From: Octopus sinensis
Taxonomy: Eukaryota
Reading direction: 5' to 3'
Assembly: GCF_006345805.1 (NCBI RefSeq)
Contig: NC_043000.1
Coordinates: 123,132,001-123,196,000 of the forward strand
DNA: 64,000 nt
Part shown: positions 41,817-53,900 of the stretch, one piece after another
Layout: each line of letters starts with the position of its first letter
Position numbering within the stretch: position 1 is the stretch's first letter
The notes under the pieces: model-generated
What the model was told of the DNA's origin: nothing
The model's input: the letters and a program-made list of their open reading frames with translations, nothing else
The model's database searches: none
Translations under genes and position numbers: made by a program

Positions 41817-42416
41817 TGTATATATACACACATACATACATATGCATATATAAGCATATATATTATACATGTATATGTATGTGTATGTTTATATATGCAT
41901 AAATATTTATAGGCATGTACATAAATGTATACATATATACATGCATGTATACATATATACATACATTTATGTATATATTTATATATGTATGTATGTATGT
42001 ATGTATAGATATATGGCTAGCATGCTGGAGTAAAGGAGTGCAAGATCGATTCTTTAAGCTGAGTCAACCAGCAGGGAAAATAAAGAATAGACCAGAAATA
42101 AAATGGTTGAATAATATTCATTGTTTCAGTTGGTTATGCTTGGGAATCCATCAGGAAAGTGTAATAATGGTTGCCACTGATAAGACTCAGTGCAGGATAT
42201 GCCAGAGGACATAACCTCTGTGACCCTTCCAGGTATACTGAGCAGTGAAAACGGATAGATGGATGGATATGTGTGTGTGTATGTGTGTTTATATGTGTGT
42301 ATGTAAATATATGTGTGTATATATGTATTTGTATGTATGTATAGATACATATATATATACATACATACATACATACATACATATTATATATATATATATA
42401 TATATACATATATAAC

Positions 42417-42447
<31 letters not shown>

Positions 42448-42448
42448 A

Positions 42449-42725
42449 TATCTGTAAACGTAATATGTTACAATTATTCAATAGCATGATAAAACTCTGA
42501 GTTTCAGATGCCGAGATGGAAATCCACACTGCCATCTTTTCAGTTATCCGGCTGGATGGCTGAATAACTGAAGAGATGGCGGCGTGGATTTCCACCTCGG
42601 CGTCCGAAACTCAGAGTTTTATCAGGGCTACCGAATAACTGTCACATATTACATTTACAGATAAATTCCTCTATTTACATAATATCGAGGTCTCTTTCAT
42701 TCTTTTATCTTACCATTTTTATCAA
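42449..42725 (+). mobile_element. PLE pLTR-like element with a sense-strand hammerhead core, preceded by an inverted copy
   Basis: Arms 42449-42547 and 42564-42663 (about 87%). Core ATAA-CTGAAGA-stem II-GAAACTCAGAGTT-TTAT at 42564-42622. The unpaired tail is shared with 44870-44935. Confidence 0.88.
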
Positions 42726-42748
42726 TATATATATATATATATAACGAC

Positions 42749-42805
<57 letters not shown>

Positions 42806-42832
42806 CATACATACATATATATATATATACAC

Positions 42833-42885
<53 letters not shown>

Positions 42886-43734
42886 ATATGTATATATATA
42901 TACGTACATATATATATATACATATAGTGTGTGTGCATTTGTATACACACACTGTCCTGTCTTCACCCAGTTTTACATTGTTCATCTTTCTGAGCCAACA
43001 AATTATCTCTCTTATATTACAATATATCCCAGATTCTTCCATTCAGTATGCCTACCTATTGCACTTAATCCCACCTACTTCATCACTCCCCAGTCTCATC
43101 TGTGAACCCTACCTAATTTCTACACCTATCACCTTATCTTCCCTCTTCCCTACCTTCACCATTTATCATCTTCAATACTTGTCCATTATATTCTACCTCT
43201 TACACTTTTTTATCTCTGACCATCTCTCACTGTCCCTTACACAGTTATAATCTCTACTAGCTCATGCTTCCCCTTCTCCTGCACCCATTCACATCCACTG
43301 TTTTTATCTCCATCACAGCCAATCCCACCTTTACTTTTGTAATCTAAGTAGAACTGCAGGTCCTATACAGCTATAAATCAAGTCTGTTCTGCTATATCTC
43401 ACACTTTAACTCCTCATCCCCCTAACATTAGACTACCTTTCCCCTATCTTGACTGTAGGCCAACACATTTGAAGAGATTTTAGTCTTACATGCTGCATGG
43501 CAACATCACTAGCATTTGTGTATTGAAAAACAAAGCCAGTACACACTGTAACATAGTTGGCAGTAAGAAGGGTATCTAGCAGCAGAAATTGCAGCAATGC
43601 AGACATAGGAGTATGAGGCAGTCTTGGGACACGTTAAATCCTGTCAGAATGTCCAACACACGCCAACATGAAATATGGACATAAAAAGATGATGATGATG
43701 ATAATAGTACATACATATATGTATAGTGAATGCA

Positions 43735-44045
43735 TATTGCTAAGTGGTTAGGGTATTTAGCGCAAGATCATAAAGTCATGAGTTTAACTCCTGTTGACAC
43801 ATTGTGTCCTTGTGCAAGATACTTTATTTCACATTGATCCAATTGACTCAGCTGGCAAAAATGAGTTGTACCTATAATTCACAGCCTTGTCACATTGGGT
43901 CATGCTCAATCTCCCGGAGAACTATGATAAGGTACATGTGTCTGTGGAATGCTCAGACACTTGTACACTAATTTTACAAGCAGGCTGTTCCATTCATTGG
44001 ATCAACTGGAACCCTCATCGTCTTAACTGATAGAGTGCCAGTTAC
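43735..44045 (+). mobile_element. tRNA-derived SINE, family of 14603-14908
   Basis: AAGTGGTTAGGG...TGAGTTTAACTCC...GTGTCCTTGTGCAAGATACTTTATTTCACATTG. Confidence 0.6.
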
Positions 44046-44058
44046 AAAAATTATGTAA

Positions 44059-44233
44059 GGTGGTGAGCTGGCAGAAATGTTAGCACCCCAAGGTCAACTT
44101 TGCCTTTCATCCTTTCGGGGTCAATAAATTAAGTACCAGTTCCGCACTGGAGTCGATGTAATTGACTTAATTCCTCTGTCTGTCCTTGTTTGTCCCCTCT
44201 ATGTTTAACCCCTTGTAGGCAATAAAGAAATAA
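44059..44233 (+). mobile_element. SINE, GGTGAGCTGGCAGAA family, internally deleted
   Basis: GGTGAGCTGGCAGAA...CAACTTTGCCTTTCATCC...AAGTACC is shared with 60382-61110 and 61747-61935. Confidence 0.75.
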
Positions 44234-44294
44234 GAAATTATGTATGTGTCTGTATGAGTGTGTGTGTGTGTGTGTGTGTATGTATGCATACAGC

Positions 44295-44590
44295 TATCAT
44301 CATCATCATCATCACCGTTTAACATCTGCTTTCCATGCTGCAATAGGTTGGACGGTTTCACTGGGGGCTGGCATTCCAGAAGGCTGCACTAGGATCCAAT
44401 CTGATTTAGCAAAGTTTCTGTACTTGGACGCCCTTCCTAAAGCCAACCTCTCGAAGAGTGTCATGGGTGCTTTTTATGTGCCACTGGCTGAAGGGTCAGT
44501 AAAGCAGTACTAGCATCAACCATGCTTGAATGGTCTTTTTTACATGACACCAGCATGGGAGCCAGTTACGCGGCACTGACATCGATCACG
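44295..44590 (-). mobile_element. RTE-type 3' tail fragment
   Basis: Homologous to 38035-38270 and 63315-64000. Confidence 0.8.
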
Positions 44591-44627
44591 CTCAAGTACA
44601 TATGTATAAATATATATATACAGTCAA

Positions 44628-44678
<51 letters not shown>

Positions 44679-44692
44679 TATATATATATGTA

Positions 44693-44938
44693 TGTAAATG
44701 TAATATGTGACAATTATTTGGTAGCCAAGATAAAACTCTGAGTTTCGGATGCCGAGGTGGAAATCCACACCACTATCTCTTCAGTTATCCCGCCATCGGA
44801 ACAATCCTCGGCATCTGAAACTCAGAGTTTTATCTTGGCTACCGAATAATTGTCACATATTACATTTACAGATAAATTCCTCTATTTACATAATATCGAG
44901 GTCTCTTTCATTCATTTGTTATCTTACCGTTTTACCAA
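44693..44938. mobile_element. Second copy of the 42449 family as an inverted pair; full core on the - strand
   Basis: Arms 44693-44757 and 44806-44870 (65 bp, 2 mismatches). The - strand reads GATAA-CTGAAGA...GAAACTCAGAGTT-TTATC at 44788-44728. Confidence 0.88.
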
Positions 44939-44939
44939 A

Positions 44940-44974
<35 letters not shown>

Positions 44975-45067
44975 GGTCCCGGGTTGAGTCGGGGTTAACC
45001 ACAGTAAATAAGGTACTCAATACATAGCAGAGTAAATTAATTATTTTATAGAAGCTCCTTCTATAAA

Positions 45068-45113
<46 letters not shown>

Positions 45114-45246
45114 GTTGTATACTGTCAATCTAACACGAACGTGACAGTAGGGGGGTACACCACCGCTGTATAGCCCTAAGAAGCATCGACGCCTCCTGAT
45201 GGCTTTGACACATTTTTCCCTGTGTCCTTATATACATATATATATA

Positions 45247-45658
45247 TAGGCACAGGAGTAGCTGTGTGGTAAGTAGCTTGTTTACCAACCACATGGTTCC
45301 GGGTTCAGTCCCACTGCGTGGCACCTTGGACAAGTGTCTTCTGCTATAGCCTCGGACCGACCAAAGCCTTGTGAGTGGATTTGATAGACGGAAACTGAAA
45401 GAAGCCCGTCGTATATATGTATATATATATATATATATGCGTGTGTGTGTTTGTGTGTCTGTGTTTGTCTCCCTAGCATTGCTTGACAACCGATGCTGGT
45501 ATGTTTATGTCCCCATTACTTAGCGGTTCAGCAAAAGAGACCGATAGAATAAGTACTGGGCTCACAAAAGAATAAGTCCCGGGGTCGAGTTGCTCAATTA
45601 AAGGCGGTGCTCCAGCATGGCTGCAGTCAAATGACTGAAACAAGTAAAAGAGTAAAGA

Positions 45659-45660
<2 letters not shown>
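45247..45660 (+). mobile_element. Near full-length tRNA-derived SINE with an internal microsatellite
   Basis: A- and B-box-like head GTGTGGTAAG...GGTTCAGTCCC, body AAAGCCTTGTGAGTGGATTTG, tail ACTGAAACAAGTAAAAGAG; several partial copies in the window. Confidence 0.85.
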
Positions 45661-45694
<34 letters not shown>

Positions 45695-45739
45695 CAATAT
45701 ATATATATAAATGTATATATATATATCATCATCATTCAC

Positions 45740-46016
45740 ACTGTAAAGTGGTTGACATTCGGAAGGTCATCCAGCTGTAAAAACCTTGTCAAATCTATGC
45801 TTGTGCCATGTAAAAAGCACTATTCACCTTGCCTCTGCTTGTGCCACATAAAAAGTCCACTCTGTTGAGTGGTTGGTGTTAGGAAGGGCATCTACTTGCC
45901 AAAAACTTGCCAAGACAGTCACAGAAGTCTGGTGCAGGTTACGGCCTGGCCGGCCTTTGTGGTACTGTCCCACCCATGCTAGCATGGAACACAGACGTTA
46001 AATGATAATGATGATG

Positions 46017-46017
<1 letters not shown>
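45740..46017 (+). mobile_element. RTE-type 3' tail ending in (GAT)n
   Basis: GTTGGTGTTAGGAAGGGCATC...CCCATGCTAGCATGGAA...GACGTTAAATGATAATGATG. Confidence 0.8.
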
Positions 46018-46069
<52 letters not shown>

Positions 46070-46141
46070 ATATATGTGTATATAAAATTATATATTTATT
46101 TATATATGTATATATAAAATTATATATATATTTATTGATAT

Positions 46142-46177
<36 letters not shown>

Positions 46178-46211
46178 GATATTCATATATATCTATACTT
46201 ATATATACTTT

Positions 46212-47615
46212 GGCAGATACCCAAACCTAGAGGCCTATCTCTCTGACTTCACACATCAGCAAAGTCATGGAACATATAATCAGAGGGAAACAAATCCTAT
46301 ACCTTGAAGAAAATAATTTGCTTAGTGATACCCAGATTGGCTTTCAAGCAGGTAGTAGCTGCCTGCCCCAGCTCTTACATCATTATGACTGGGTGTTGAG
46401 GCAGTTACTCAACAACTCAAATGTGGACGTAATATACATTGATTTTGTAAAAGCTTTTGACAAGGTGTATAATGGCATGATAAGTCACAAACTGCATGAT
46501 CTCGGCATAGCTGGAAAACTTGGATGGGGGGTTACGTTACTTTTTGAAAGATAGAAGTCAGGCAGTAGTAGATAATGGAGCCACCTCTATGAAATCAAAA
46601 ATAGTGAGCAGTATTCCACAGGGCACTGTCTTGGGACCACTGCTTTTTGTAGTGGCCCTCTCAGATATGCCTTAAACTGCCCGGATATCCACCCTTGCAA
46701 GCTATGCGGACGATATGAAAGTTTCACAGAAAATATAGACCACCAGCGATGTTGCACATCTGCAGCAGGAGTTGGACTCAATTTACTGATGGGTTGAGGA
46801 TAATAATATTTAGTTTAATGCTGAAAAATTCCAAGCCCTGCACTACCAGCGTCCAAAAACTGAATATGAATCTTACAGAGTACACTGGTCCACAGGGAAT
46901 TACAATCCCAGAGCCTAAAACAGTGAGGGACTTGGGTATTGACATGAGTGATGATACCTCTTTCCAAGTTCTCATTACCAGGATTGCAACAAAGTGCAAA
47001 CGACTGGCTGGATGGATCCTGAGAACATTCAGAACCAGAGATAAGGAAACCATGATGGTCTTCTGGAGGACATTCGTCCTCAGCCGCCTTGATTACTGAT
47101 CATAGCTATGGTCATCCACCAGTGTGAAATTAACAGTGGACCTTGAAGCAATTGAGAGAAGATTCACAAAGTTCATCTCTTTGCAACTGCTCAGCTATTG
47201 GGAAAGGCTGAAACAGCTAAGACTCTACTCCCTGGAGAGAAGGCAGGAGAGGTATGCAGTAAAATATATCTGCAAGATCCTGGAAGGAATTGTGCCAAAT
47301 TTTGGCATTGAAAGTTTCACCAATGCCAGAACGGGACAACACTGAATAGTGCCAAAGATCCCAGCAACACCATCGCATTTCAGGACCAGTTACTGCAATA
47401 CCCTGGGTCTCACGAGCCCACAGCTTTTTCATATTCTCCCAAAGAGCCTTAGGAACCTGCACAAAGTAGATGTAGGCGTTTTTAAATCAAAGCTGGACCT
47501 CTTCCTGTCGAGAGTCCCAGATGAACCTACATCAAGGGAAGAGATGCAAATGAGGGTAGCTACATCAAATTCCATTCTTCACCAAGTTCCACATATTGGG
47601 AGAGGCTCTCGGTAA
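46212..47615 (+). mobile_element. CR1/L2-group LINE, RT and C-terminus, with stops and frameshifts
   Basis: RPISLTSHISKVME; DVIYIDFVKAFDKV; IPQGTVLGPLLF; YADDMK; VRDLGIDMS; SYWERLKQLRLYSLERRQERY. Confidence 0.92.
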
Positions 47616-47849
47616 CATATATATACATATATCTATGTATATGTGTGTATGTATGTATGTATATATATATATGGTGGCTGCCCCCTCGTTATTGAGTATG
47701 GCCATTGCACGAAGCTTCATCAATGTTGTTATCATGCAATGTCTGTGCAAGAAGATTTTTTTTAAAGTGAGGAAAGGCTGTGCACTGAATCAATCCCACT
47801 CACTAAGCAACAGCAGCCATAATCCGAAAAGAAGAACAGGTCAACATCG

Positions 47850-48180
47850 TCAGTAACCACTGAGCTGCAGGTTTTATGTCGGAGTTATCCCAGTTACCTG
47901 AGTTACCTTCTCCTAGAAGGATGCCCTAACAAAGGCTAAGAGTCCTTCACTCCCAATGGTTTAACCGTGCGATCAGGTATTCAGTCCGATTATTTCTATA
48001 TCCCCACGCATGATACAGCCTTAAGACATTTATTGGATGGCCCTTGACTCTCAAGAGTTCCTCCGCCCTTTGACGGGTTTTGTTTTTCATCCCGCAGGGT
48101 GTCCAATAAACACCCTCCTCACCAAGCAAGCTTGGTGGGGTTGCCGGTTTAGTCGCCGTCAACCCGACCATGCAACAGGT
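47850..48180 (-). mobile_element. GC-richer structured segment, possibly a retroelement 5' UTR
   Basis: Several short hairpins (48096-48116, 48120-48137). CTAGGAGAAGGTAACTC on the - strand resembles RTE 5' UTR motifs as I recall them. Confidence 0.4.
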
Positions 48181-48223
48181 TGTACTGGGTTACATGTTAC
48201 CAGTAGCACTTGAAAGTGACCTG

Positions 48224-48268
<45 letters not shown>

Positions 48269-48269
48269 C

Positions 48270-48955
48270 ATACCCAAGGTATTGCAGAGTATCTGGTCTT
48301 ATATCTTGGTGGCATGTTGAGGTCTTTGGCACTATGCAGTGGAAGCCCATGATGGTTTTTATACAACCTTCAATACCAAAGGTTGATGCAAGTTCTTCCA
48401 GGATTTTCCAGATGTATGTCGCTGCATATCTTTCCTGTGTACATTTTTGGGAGTAGATTCTGAACCTTTTCAGTCTTTCTCATTCGCTGACACATTTCAA
48501 TGAGACAATCTTCTTTGTGTAGTTTCAATGGATTGCTTCAAGTTAATTTTAGACTGTGTGGTGACCATAGTTGGGAGCAGTAGTCTAAGAAGCTGAGGAC
48601 ATATGTCTCCCAAGGAGCATCATGTTTTCCTGTTCTCTTGTTCTGAAAGTTCAAAAGTTTACCTTGGCCAGCTGTCTGCATTTTATCGTCAAATTAGTAA
48701 TATGCACCAGGAAAGATGTTTCATTATTTATGTCAATGCCTAGGTCATGCATTGATTTTGATTCAGGGGTTACAATCCTGTCTGCATTTCACTCAGCTTT
48801 GTGTTTTGGTAGCACAGGGTTTGGAATTTTCCAGTGCTAAACTGCATATTAATGCCTTCAGCCCACCCATATATTTTGTCCAGTTCCTATAGCAGGTGCA
48901 CAATATTTCCAGGATTCTCTAGCCCCTGAAAAACTTTTGTATCATCTACATAGCT
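48270..48955 (-). mobile_element. Decayed CR1/L2-group LINE fragment
   Basis: YVDDTKVFQGLENPGNIVHLL*ELDKIYGWAEGINMQFS..KFQ. Confidence 0.8.
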
Positions 48956-48984
48956 ACACATATCTAATATATGTGTATCTATAT

Positions 48985-49688
48985 ATATTTTTAAATATGA
49001 TAGTGTATGAAACATTCATGGAGAGAAAACCACCATGTGGATTTCTGACATGCTAAAAATGGCGGTCAAAGCCTAAAACAAGGAAAAGCATTCCTACATT
49101 TAATTATGTTGTTTGTATGCAAGCAAGACATTTGAGTGAATAAAAATTTTAGTTAATCTTATACCCATGAGTTTCACTATTAATGACCAAATAAATCAAC
49201 TAATAAGATAATTAATTGATTAATTAATCACCTGTAGCTTGTCAGTAAGGTCGCTTTAAAATGTATAAATATGAGACTACAATACGCACAGAAAATAGAA
49301 AGTAAACACATGCGCATTCAGTTCCATGTTTATACATTAAGGATTCACTTCAAATGCCCTCAAATCAACATGTGAAACCAGAGTAGTATAGCAGTGAATA
49401 AATTCAAACATATAGTATCCTGCTGAAGAATTTAAAAATTTAGCTTTATAAATAAAAGGGTAATTTTTACCAGTGGCCAGCATGCATAATAAGAGTCAGA
49501 AGACAGATATTTTTAAATATAATAGTATATGAAACATACACGGAGAGAAAACCACTGCGTGGATTTCTTACATGCTAAAAATGGCAGTCAAAACCTAAAA
49601 ACGACAAAAAAACATTCTTACATTAAAGCATGTTGTTTGTACACGAGCAAAACATTTGAGTGAATAAAAATGTTATTCACTCAAATGT
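48985..49688. repeat. Two direct repeats of about 163 bp (about 85%), 523-bp period, ending in a perfect 16-bp hairpin
   Basis: 48985-49148 versus 49508-49672; ACATTTGAGTGAATAA (49652-49667) pairs with TTATTCACTCAAATGT (49673-49688). Confidence 0.85.
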
Positions 49689-49834
49689 ATTTATAAATGC
49701 ACCTATATATATATATGCGTGTATACTACAACTGCATCATATATTCTGCTATATATATAATGTATGTATAACTATCTATCTATCTCTATATATATGCATA
49801 TATACATGTTTATTTATAAATATGTATGTATGTA

Positions 49835-49889
<55 letters not shown>

Positions 49890-50178
49890 GCATATATACA
49901 TATGTTTCTTTATAAATATGTATGTATGTAAACATATATATATATATATATATATATATAACTTTATCCTTTTATTACTCTGGAGTTTTGCCTGTGCATT
50001 CTTAGGTTTATCATGCAAGTCATAAGTCATAACTTCCCTAATGACACTGAATGTACAGGTAAAACTCTAGAGAATCAAGAGACTGACTCAATCACAAAAT
50101 AAAAGCACCATTAATCTCTACTATGGTATTGAATATTCTTTCTTCTGACAATCAACACTATTTTCATATATACATACA

Positions 50179-50214
<36 letters not shown>

Positions 50215-50329
50215 CATATATATATATATATACATATATTTATATATGTATATATTGTATATATATTGCATATATATATATATATATATTGTGTGTGTGT
50301 GTAGACGCAGACACTACTTGTAGTGGATA

Positions 50330-50650
50330 CTGACGTGGCTGTGTGGTTAAGAAATTTGCTTTGTAACCATATGGTTTTGTGTTCAGCCTCACTGTGCAGC
50401 TCCTTGGATATGTGTCTGATGCTTTGTGAATGAATTTTGTATGCAGAAGCTGAGTGGAAATCCATCATGTGTGTGTATGTATGTATGTTTGTGTGTGTGT
50501 GTGTGCATATTTGTGTGCACATGTGTCTTTGTGTTCATATTAGTTTCCTCTACACCCACCACTACTTGACAACTGATGTTGATTTGTCTGACAAAAAGTA
50601 TTCAAGCCAAGGCATAGCCACTGTCCAATGACTAAAACAAATAAAAGTAA
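50330..50650 (+). mobile_element. Degenerate tRNA-derived SINE (45247 family)
   Basis: GTGGCTGTGTGGTTAAGAAATTTGC...TTGACAAC...AATGACTAAAACAAATAAAAG. Confidence 0.7.
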
Positions 50651-50880
50651 ATGGTACATTTACACACAAATGGAAACACATACACATGCGCACAAACTTT
50701 CGTCATCATTAATGTTGGTGTGTCATTTATGCTTTGAATTCTGGTTGCAAATTGCTGAATTCTATTGAGTTCATCAGAAGGAAACCTCAGCTGCCAGAAA
50801 TATAAAAATTCTTTTAAAAATGTATTATTTATCCATCTCACTGATGTTGAGAACCTATTCAACTAATTCATTATTAATGC

Positions 50881-50913
<33 letters not shown>

Positions 50914-53900
50914 ATATATACACACACACTTTATATGCTTTATATCCTTCATTGTCTCTGTAAAACAACATGACCCATTTTATATTTTATTGCTTTCTAT
51001 CAATACCTATAGATAGTATGCCATGATTTCTTACATCTTCCAAAGATAATTTACTTAAGGTTTAACATTTAAAGAGTAATTTACTGACTGTCTCTCTAAC
51101 TGCATCATTTTCTCTTTTTTTTATGACTTATATAAATATGTGGATTTGAGCATATGTATAATGTTCATCAAGCATTATAGAAGTACCTAGTGGCTTTAGA
51201 TTCTTGTCTGTCATACAAGAAGTAGCATATAATATCAGCAATCATTTTGTGCCAGATGTAAAGAGGTTGGGATATATTTTAGTACATTTCCACAAATGGA
51301 TTATAATGTGAATGCATGTGCATTACAACATACAAAGTAAATCTTTTTATAGCATTCATCAAAATATATTATAGTCATATTTATTTCATTATCTAAACAC
51401 ATATTCCACTTTACATGCTCTCAGTTATCAATGTATCAGACTAGTTTTCGGTTGGTTCTTTCTTTTATCAAGAAACACTAGTTTCTACCTATCAATATTG
51501 CTCATATAAACTTTGGTGAGAATTTTTTGTCAGCATTCATGATTCCATGATTCTAGTTTGGATTGGAATTCTTTTCTTTTCTTTTTATTATTTCTGTAAT
51601 ATATTTTTATGCAATCAGATGATATTGAATGATATCTCTTGGAATCATTTGAATCAAACAGAATCAAATGATATCAAATGGTATCAAAATGTATCAGATG
51701 ATTTTAAATACCTAGGTATTGTTCAGTTGCCCACACAAACACAGAAACATATGTTTTAAATCATGTCAACAAATGTAGCATGCTTAGTTTTGATGCCTGT
51801 CTTAATTTTGCTGTGCATGTAAACAATATTATTGTTGCATGAGGCATGGATGAGAATGAAGCATGCAAAAGTATGCTTAAAACTAGATTGGTCATGCTAC
51901 CATGGAAGTATTATAATTGAAGCATGAATGCATGAGATTTTAATGGTTTTTTTTTTTTTGAGCATCGACATCTTATAAAATGTTTGCATGTAAATATATA
52001 TGAAAATGTTTATGCCTGATCTTAAGCATTTCTAGATGTTGACTTGATAAAATGTATGCACTCTCATACACTTTGATACACTTATACAAACACATAAGCA
52101 AACATACATATAAGTAGTGTGCTAATAGGGAGTAGACACTAATACTATGCATTATGATAATTAGAATTTGGATGTACTTTGAAAAAGTTGCTTGTTATTA
52201 CTGCATCATTCTTATTTGCATGTCATGTGCATGACAATTAGTTATGTATATAATAATCTAGTAGGATTTAGAAAACTTTGAAAATATTTTCTTTACTGCC
52301 AACAGAATAATAAATATATATCTTCACAATCACACAATTACACATATTTCAAATACAAAGATGCATCAAACATAGAGACATTTAATTGTATTTTGCAGGA
52401 AACTTATGTAAGGATAAGGAAATGAATTTTTCTTTAGAACACTGATAATATTAATATATTGATAAAATGCTCAAGCTTTCCTAGCATTCATATAGTAGCA
52501 ATTATGAAATTCCTTCATATTTGTAACAATTAATTCCAATCAATAAACAACTTAATTATTTTAATGAGCTATTCAAATATCAATATAGACAATGAAAGTA
52601 TGCAGAAATATTGTAAGTGTAGAATTCTTGAGGAATTTTTTTTTAAATCTGTTGGTACTGAAAATTCATTTAATAAGGTATAGTTTTACTTATTCAATTC
52701 AATATTTCTTGGCATTCTAACATAAAAAAGAATAATGATTATTTATGGAATTTTTTTCATACAGATATCAATATTTTAAAATCTATACTGTGGCTGTATA
52801 TTTTGTTTACTGTATTTCATAAATCATAGCAAATTCTCATTGCACACATAGGTCATAACTGACAAGCTGATTCAGTAATTTTGTTACTTTCTGTATATCA
52901 TATTTTACTCTTCTGACATATCATGAAATCTGTCTCTATAAAAAAAGATCATGCTTTCCTCATGTAAACTGTAGCTGTAAATTTCCAATAAGATTTTTAC
53001 ATTTACTAAGATAGAATAAATAAGTATATTCACTTGCTTCTCCAAGAGTTTTAAAAAGGAATTATTATTTTACACATACTGATTAGCTTTACCACAAATA
53101 CATCGTTATTTGTTGCTACATTAAAGTTTATATTAATTTTCTTTTGTCAGTGTTTAAATACTCATTCTCTACCATTGCCTATAATGTACATAAGCTGCCC
53201 AGCAATCAGCTTATATTCATTTCACTTATTTTTTTTTTTTTTGATAAATATTACTTTCAAATGAGAGGGGTGCAATTGACACAACTTTAGTAAATTACAG
53301 TCATTTATTTTTTTTAATATTGAAGGATGAAAGGCAAAGTCAACTACAGTGATAAGTGAATTAAAAAATAGAAGACATGAAACTTCATAAAGCATCTTAC
53401 CCAACTCAGATTTTTCATTATATATGCTGTCTTTGATATAGCTTATATTGAAGCAAATTATTCAAATTTAAGCCTTATATTTTTATTTATTTTTCAAATT
53501 TAAAGCATTTCCTCTCACTGTACCTAAGTGATGTGTAGAAACTATTATTCATTCTTTTATATTTCATTATATTTATGTAATTATAGCTAATAATTTTCTT
53601 AGAAGATCAAAATCTATTGCCTTCAGATTATTAGAATATCAATATATCTGTCCCAGTATATATAATTCAAAAGTCTATAATCCCTGTATAAAATGGGAGG
53701 ATAAAAATGTTAATATATTGAAAGGAATCTGATAAAAAAAGTAGTTTTAAAAAAATTGATATAGTGCAAATGACTAGTTAAGCAAAGTTAGCTTTTTCAA
53801 GTGTTTTTAAAGTGTCATTAAATATCATTTTTCTTTTTTTTTTTTGAGTATCCATAAACTTTTCCATCAAACTCATCCTTTATCAAATACTGGTTGAGCA

